Origin: Rebecca billardiae RCC1528
Lineage: Eukaryota; Protista; Haptophyta
Direction: 5' to 3'
Assembly: GCA_965240325.2 (NCBI GenBank)
Contig: OZ251223.1
Span: forward strand, 3,162,001-3,226,000
DNA length: 64,000 nucleotides
Under the pieces are notes generated by a model that saw only the letters and a program-made list of their open reading frames with translations, made no database searches and had not been told where the DNA came from. Each line of letters starts with the position of its first letter. Position 1 is the first letter of the stretch. The position numbers and the translations under genes were made by a program. Shown here one piece after another: positions 59,312 through 64,000 of the stretch.

Positions 59312-60523
59312 GCTGATTTCCCTGAATTGATGCGGCTCGCGCCCAGCGACAAGCCGACAGCCCTCACAGCCGCCGGCCGACACGCCACATCCGCCGTCGA
59401 ACGCAGGCGCCCTCACGCGACGATGCTGTGTCCTCAGGTGCCGCGGATGCCGATGGTCGGCCTGGGGGTCTGGAAGGCGCCGGCTGAGGTGACTGCGCAG
59501 GTCGTCTACGACGCCGTCAAGATTGGGTACCGCCACCTCGACTGCGCGTGCGATTATGGCAACGAGAAGGCTGTCGGCCAGGCGCTCAAGCGAGTCTTTG
59601 ACGAGGGGATCTGCTCGCGCGAGGACATGTGGATCACGTCCAAGCTGTGGAACACCTACCACAAGCGCGAGCACGTGCTGCCCGCGTGCCAGCGCACGCT
59701 CGACGACCTCGGCCTCGAGTACGTCGACCTGTACCTGATCCACTTCCCGATCAGCCTCGAGTTTGTGCCATTCGAGCAGCGCTACCCGCCCGAATGGTAC
59801 GCACGCCGCCGCTCTGCCGCTCTGCAGCAGCCTCGGTGGTGCGCGTGCGCGCCCGTCGTCACCGCCATTCCGCTCCCCCCCCCCCCTCCCGCGCACCGCG
59901 CGCCCGGCAGGACGGACGAGCCAAACAATGCGGGCGTGATGCAGCTCGCCAACGTGCCCTACCGCGAGACTTGGGAGGCGATGGAGGCGCTCAAGGAGGC
60001 GGGCAAGGCGAAGGCGATCGGCGTGAGCAACCTGAACGTGCAGTCCCTGATCGACCTGCTCCGCTACTGCAAGGTGCGCCCCGCGTGCAACCAGATCGAG
60101 AACCACGTGTACCTGACGCAGCCCAAGCTGGTCGACTTCTGCCACGATCAGGACATCGGCGTCGTCGCCTTCTCGCCGCTGGGCGCGGTGTCGTACATCG
60201 GCATGGGGATGGCCGAGGCGTCGGAGAACGCGCTCAACGACCCCGTCGTCGTCAAGATCGCGCAGGCGAAGAAGCGCACCCCGGCGCAGGTGCTGCTGCG
60301 CTTCCAGATCGAGCGCGGCGTCGCTGTGATCCCAAAGTCGGAGAAGGTGGAGCGGCTCAAGGAGAACTTGGCGCTCTTCGACTTCTCGCTCACGCCGGAG
60401 GAGGTGAAGGAGCTGCTGGCGCTCGATCGCCGCCGCAGGTTCAACGACCCGGCGGTGTACGCGAAGGGCTGGGGCCCGTCAGGCTCCTGGCTCGCCAAGC
60501 ACGGCTACCCCATCTACGAGTGA
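59243..60523 (+). CDS. Aldo-keto reductase (xylose reductase / sugar-phosphate reductase-like); start uncertain (59243, 59330 or 59423)
   Basis: MPMVGLGVWK, GYRHLDCACDYGNE, ITSKLWN, YVDLYLIHFP, AIGVSN, NQIENHVYL, AFSPLG, VIPKS, LKENL; catalytic D/Y/K/H present. In-frame intron 59797-59910 gives YPPEW-TDEP. Confidence 0.92.
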   Translation: MAQACPTKQGPMCPRRDGRRRRHADFPELMRLAPSDKPTALTAAGRHATSAVERRRPHATMLCPQVPRMPMVGLGVWKAPAEVTAQVVYDAVKIGYRHLDCACDYGNEKAVGQALKRVFDEGICSREDMWITSKLWNTYHKREHVLPACQRTLDDLGLEYVDLYLIHFPISLEFVPFEQRYPPEWYARRRSAALQQPRWCACAPVVTAIPLPPPPPAHRAPGRTDEPNNAGVMQLANVPYRETWEAMEALKEAGKAKAIGVSNLNVQSLIDLLRYCKVRPACNQIENHVYLTQPKLVDFCHDQDIGVVAFSPLGAVSYIGMGMAEASENALNDPVVVKIAQAKKRTPAQVLLRFQIERGVAVIPKSEKVERLKENLALFDFSLTPEEVKELLALDRRRRFNDPAVYAKGWGPSGSWLAKHGYPIYE

Positions 60524-60729
60524 GTGAGGGCGGGCCCACACGGAAGCACAGCGGCGGCAAGCGGCAGGCCAGAGCCGCAGGGCCGAGCTCAGAGACAGGG
60601 CCTGGCAGACGGCCCGCCAGCCTCCTGAGTCCTGTGCCTGGCACCCGCCGCCGCGAGATGCCAGCGACATGCATGAGGACCCCACCGTGAGATAGTACTC
60701 GATACGGACGTCAACGTTATGGTGGCCCG

Positions 60730-61499
60730 CGCGCCGCAGCTCGCTGCTCGGTCGGACTATATGTGGGATTATTGGTAGCAGTACAATAACTGATGATTGT
60801 CTAAGAGGACGACGACAAGAACGCCGGTTGCCAGCGCCGCTCATCAGCCACATCGCCCTCTACCAGACCATCGCCTCAAAGGGCTGCTCCCGGACAAACA
60901 GTCTGTCCGGGTTTGTCCGGCCCGTAAATCCCACGACGACTGAACGTAGGAACACACGCAGCCGCCTCGGCATCGACATGCCAGGCGGCGTGCCCACCTT
61001 CGGCCAGCAGTTGGCGTCGGCGTTCACGAGGACGGCTAGACATATATATATATCTAGAGAGATAATGTCAGCTGTATTGCCGTTTGGGAAAGTGTGGTCA
61101 GGTGTATTGCCAAACGCGCCGCAGCTCGCTGCTCGGTCGGACTATATGTGGGATTATTGGTAGCAGTACAATAACTGATGATTGTCTAAGAGGACGACGA
61201 CAAGAACGCCGGTTGCCAGCGCCGCTCATCAGCCACATCGCCCTCTACCAGACCATCGCCTCAAAGGGCTGCTCCCGGACAAACAGTCTGTCCGGGTTTG
61301 TCCGGCCCGTAAATCCCACGACGACTGAACGTAGGAACACACGCAGCCGCCTCGGCATCGACATGCCAGGCGGCGTGCCCACCTTCGGCCAGCAGTTGGC
61401 GTCGGCGTTCACGAGGACGGCTAGACATATATATATATCTAGAGAGATAATGTCAGCTGTATTGCCGTTTTGGAAAGTGTGGTCAGGTGTATTGCCAAA
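60730..61499 (+). repeat. Near-perfect 385-bp tandem duplication
   Basis: 60730-61114 and 61115-61499; one substitution seen (CGTTTGGGA vs CGTTTTGGA); CGC microhomology at the junction. Confidence 0.95.
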
Positions 61500-62780
61500 C
61501 GCACGTTTTGACTACCGTGGTCAGGTGTATTGCCGTTTCCCTTGTTTGGGAATCACGTGTCAATCTTGTTGCCAACGTCGAATACTTGTGTCAGGTGTAT
61601 TGCCGTGGATGATGGCCCAATACTTTTTCAGCTGTATTGCCGTCGCGTAGTGTGGGTCAGTTGTATTGCCGTTTGCGCATCTTTGATTCAGGTTTGTTGC
61701 CGCGATCGGCCACGCGCTGATGATGGCGCTTGCGCCCACGCGCCGCCGGCGTGCGCGGCGTGCCCTTGAGCAGGCTTAGCTGATCCCAGGCCAGAAGAGT
61801 GACGTTCAACGACGACGATCTCTGCCGGGGTAGCGCCATGTTCCTCGACATCATCAAGTCGAACGACGAGCTGAACCGTGGACCGGAATCTGCACAAACG
61901 CTGCCGCATGCGCGCGCAGTGCAGCACGCGCGTGCACCTCGGGCTACTCGCTGTCTACGCGGAGACGGGCGAGAATCCGTCACGACTTCTATCGAATCGG
62001 CGTTGCTCCGTGCTCACTTCGACTCCGGGACCATCAAGCGCGCAGTCGATGACATTGCGACGGCAGCGCATGCAGGTGCATGCGTGGAGCAGGGTGAGCG
62101 TGAGTTGCCGCGCCCCGATTCGCTGGAGTCGAACGTGCACGATAGGCGTGTGCTCTTCAACGGTCTCGCGGAGCTTGGTCAACGCGACGCGCGTCCCCCT
62201 CACTGCCTGCCATCAACTGTCATTCGCACCGTGGCGATCAACCAACGCGCGTCGCGCTCTCTCGCTCGTGCAAATCTTGCGTCGCGTGCGATGGCGCTTC
62301 CCGCCCGCGAGACACCTCGTGATGAGGGCCTTTCCGCACCGAGTTCGATGCGCGGCGGTGGATCGCGCGAGGTGGTTGTCGTGCGCAGCGCTTGATGTTA
62401 TGGCCCATGCGAGCGCTCGACGTGCAAGTCGGGCGAGGACCGCCCTAGGTCGCACGATCGTGTCGACGCGCCGAGCGTACCTCCCGAAACGCGTCGACTT
62501 TGGCCCTCGTTCGACCTGCACGCGAGACGACGAGGGTAGCAATCGTGAATCAGGCGAAAACATGTCTCGGGAATCCTCGCGCGATGTCCGCGCCGGCGTT
62601 GGATTTGGCGCGCGCGGCCCACGCGCTCCGCGCCATCGGGCATATCTTTTTCGGCCGAGCGTCCCCAGTGGGAGCTGCGAGGGCGCCCGGTAGACGGTAG
62701 TGAGCGAAGCGATTTTCTTTTCTTTGCGAGGCGATTTTCTTTATTTCTTTGTGAGGCGATTTTCTTTTTTCCGGGAGCTC
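61440..62780. mobile_element. Putative degenerate DNA transposon relic with subterminal repeat array
   Basis: Starts right after a (TA)n run. Eight TCAG-x-TGTATTGCC-like motifs at 61453-61701. Decayed CX2CX4HX4C knuckle on minus (62385-62426). GCGATTTTCTTT x3 at 62709-62767. Right end not identified. Confidence 0.4.
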
Positions 62781-63469
62781 TTGCCGGTACGCGTTGCGCG
62801 TGCGCGGGCACTCCCGGACTGGCTGGTACGCACGCAGCCGCCTTGGCGTCCGGACTCCTGGCCTCCTCCGCCGCCAAGGCGGTCGGCGAATTTGATGCAA
62901 AAATATAGGGTTCGCCGGGTCGGCGATTCGCGGCGAATCCATACAAGAAATGCACTCGCCGAATTTCGCCGAATCGCTCGCGGCGGGGTGAAGAACGGCC
63001 CTAATCAATATTCAACGTACCGTGTGTACGGGGTAGACTTCGTGTCGACGATCGGGCACTGCCGACGACGAATCAGGAGACCTGCGCCGTCCTACCTGTG
63101 TCGTTAAATCATAGAATGAGTGAATACAAATACAGATCAAAATCTGGTTGTCTGGACCTTCCCAATTTTTTGTGGTGGTCAGGCTTTGCCGACGAATCAG
63201 GGAGAGCTACCCGCGGGCGTCGTCCTCCAGCCGCTGTGTGTCGTAGGACCATCGGTAATTGATGAATGGGTACAGAGAAACGGAAGGTTCGGTGGGTCGG
63301 TTGAAAGTATACTACTATTTAATTAGTGGACCCAAAGGAATGTGGACCAAGGGTTTGACTGTTGCTCATTGAGCGACCCTGGTCCGTCGACGGATCAGCC
63401 TGATCTCAGATCCAGGAGATCTAAAAGACCCCTGCGCCCCGTCGTCACTCCCCGCCCAACTTCATCACC

Positions 63470-64000
63470 ATGCCCGTCGGGGACGACGACGCAGAAACGG
63501 CCTCGACGGCGGTCAACCCCTCTCGCTCTCTTGTGCCGCGGACGGTGCACGGCGTGCTGCGCTCAATCGGACGCTCGTCACCACCCGCTAGTGCGTCGGA
63601 GCCACCGCAGACACGCGGCATTCTGCGCAGGCCCGATGCCAGCTCGCAAAGGCCTCGCGGCCAGCGGGCGAGGGTGCGCTGGCGCACCGTGCTGATCGGC
63701 ACGAGCGCATCTAGCGAGCTCGAGCGGCGCGAGCTGGTCGTGCGAGAGCTCGAGCGCCGTGAGCGCGCCGAGCGCTTCGCAAAATACTCCACGATCGCGC
63801 GGCTTCCGGCGCTCACGTTCGAGGAGCTGCTGATCCCCCTGCGCGTCGCGCTGCCCGAACTGGTGATCGGCAGCCCGACGGCGATCGCGCTGGACGTGGC
63901 CATCGACGCGTTTGAGCTCGCATGGCTCGCGCAGACCGTGCTGCGCCAGCGGCGCGCGGCGCGGGAGGCCGCCGCCGCGACGGTGGCTGCGCCGTTCTCG
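63470..64000 (+). CDS. 5' part of a hypothetical protein running off the window
   Basis: ATG 63470 opens MPVGDDDAETAS...ELERRELVVRELERRERAERFAKYSTIARLPALTFEELLIPL... with no stop to 64000; host-like codon bias. Confidence 0.7.
   Translation, partial: MPVGDDDAETASTAVNPSRSLVPRTVHGVLRSIGRSSPPASASEPPQTRGILRRPDASSQRPRGQRARVRWRTVLIGTSASSELERRELVVRELERRERAERFAKYSTIARLPALTFEELLIPLRVALPELVIGSPTAIALDVAIDAFELAWLAQTVLRQRRAAREAAAATVAAPFS

Noticed and set aside
61453-61701. CRISPR-like look of a constant motif with variable spacers
   Set aside because: Repeats only about 14 bp and degenerate, spacers 15-25 bp, no cas genes, intron-containing eukaryotic context.
1-64000. tRNA, rRNA or telomeric repeats
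   Set aside because: None recognised by eye; tRNAscan-SE/Rfam would be needed to exclude small RNAs.

Overview
Very GC-rich eukaryotic nuclear DNA with short GC-rich GT-AG introns (92-168 bp; GTGCG/GTACG donors, CGCAG acceptors). A zeaxanthin epoxidase with a signal-plus-transit presequence and a CFAP161-like axonemal gene point to a flagellated alga with a secondary plastid, most plausibly a haptophyte (inferred, not proven). Recognisable genes: a 6-TM protein with a TIR-like domain, a CRAL-TRIO lipid-transfer protein, a polycystin/PKD2-like channel, tRNA m7G46 methyltransferase (TRM8/METTL1), ZEP, CFAP161, a choline-transporter-like protein, an aegerolysin/Cry34-like small protein, a DUF1499 protein and an aldo-keto reductase. 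The dominant feature is a 21-kb gene (37280-58369, about 6880 aa after removing three introns). It encodes a DUF3638/DUF3645 SF2-like P-loop ATPase carrying two LamG-like domains, an intact WCPPC nucleoredoxin domain, a second thioredoxin fold lacking CxxC, dynein-stalk-like repeats, EF-hands, an RRM and ankyrin repeats. Intergenic DNA holds a 3.1-kb element with 664-bp inverted repeats and a 5-bp TSD, a TA-flanked Tc1/mariner-type MITE, a young 5'-truncated RNase H-bearing LINE plus a second 3'-end copy, tandem duplications and several near-loopless palindromes. All domain calls are by-eye motif recognition; no searches were run.
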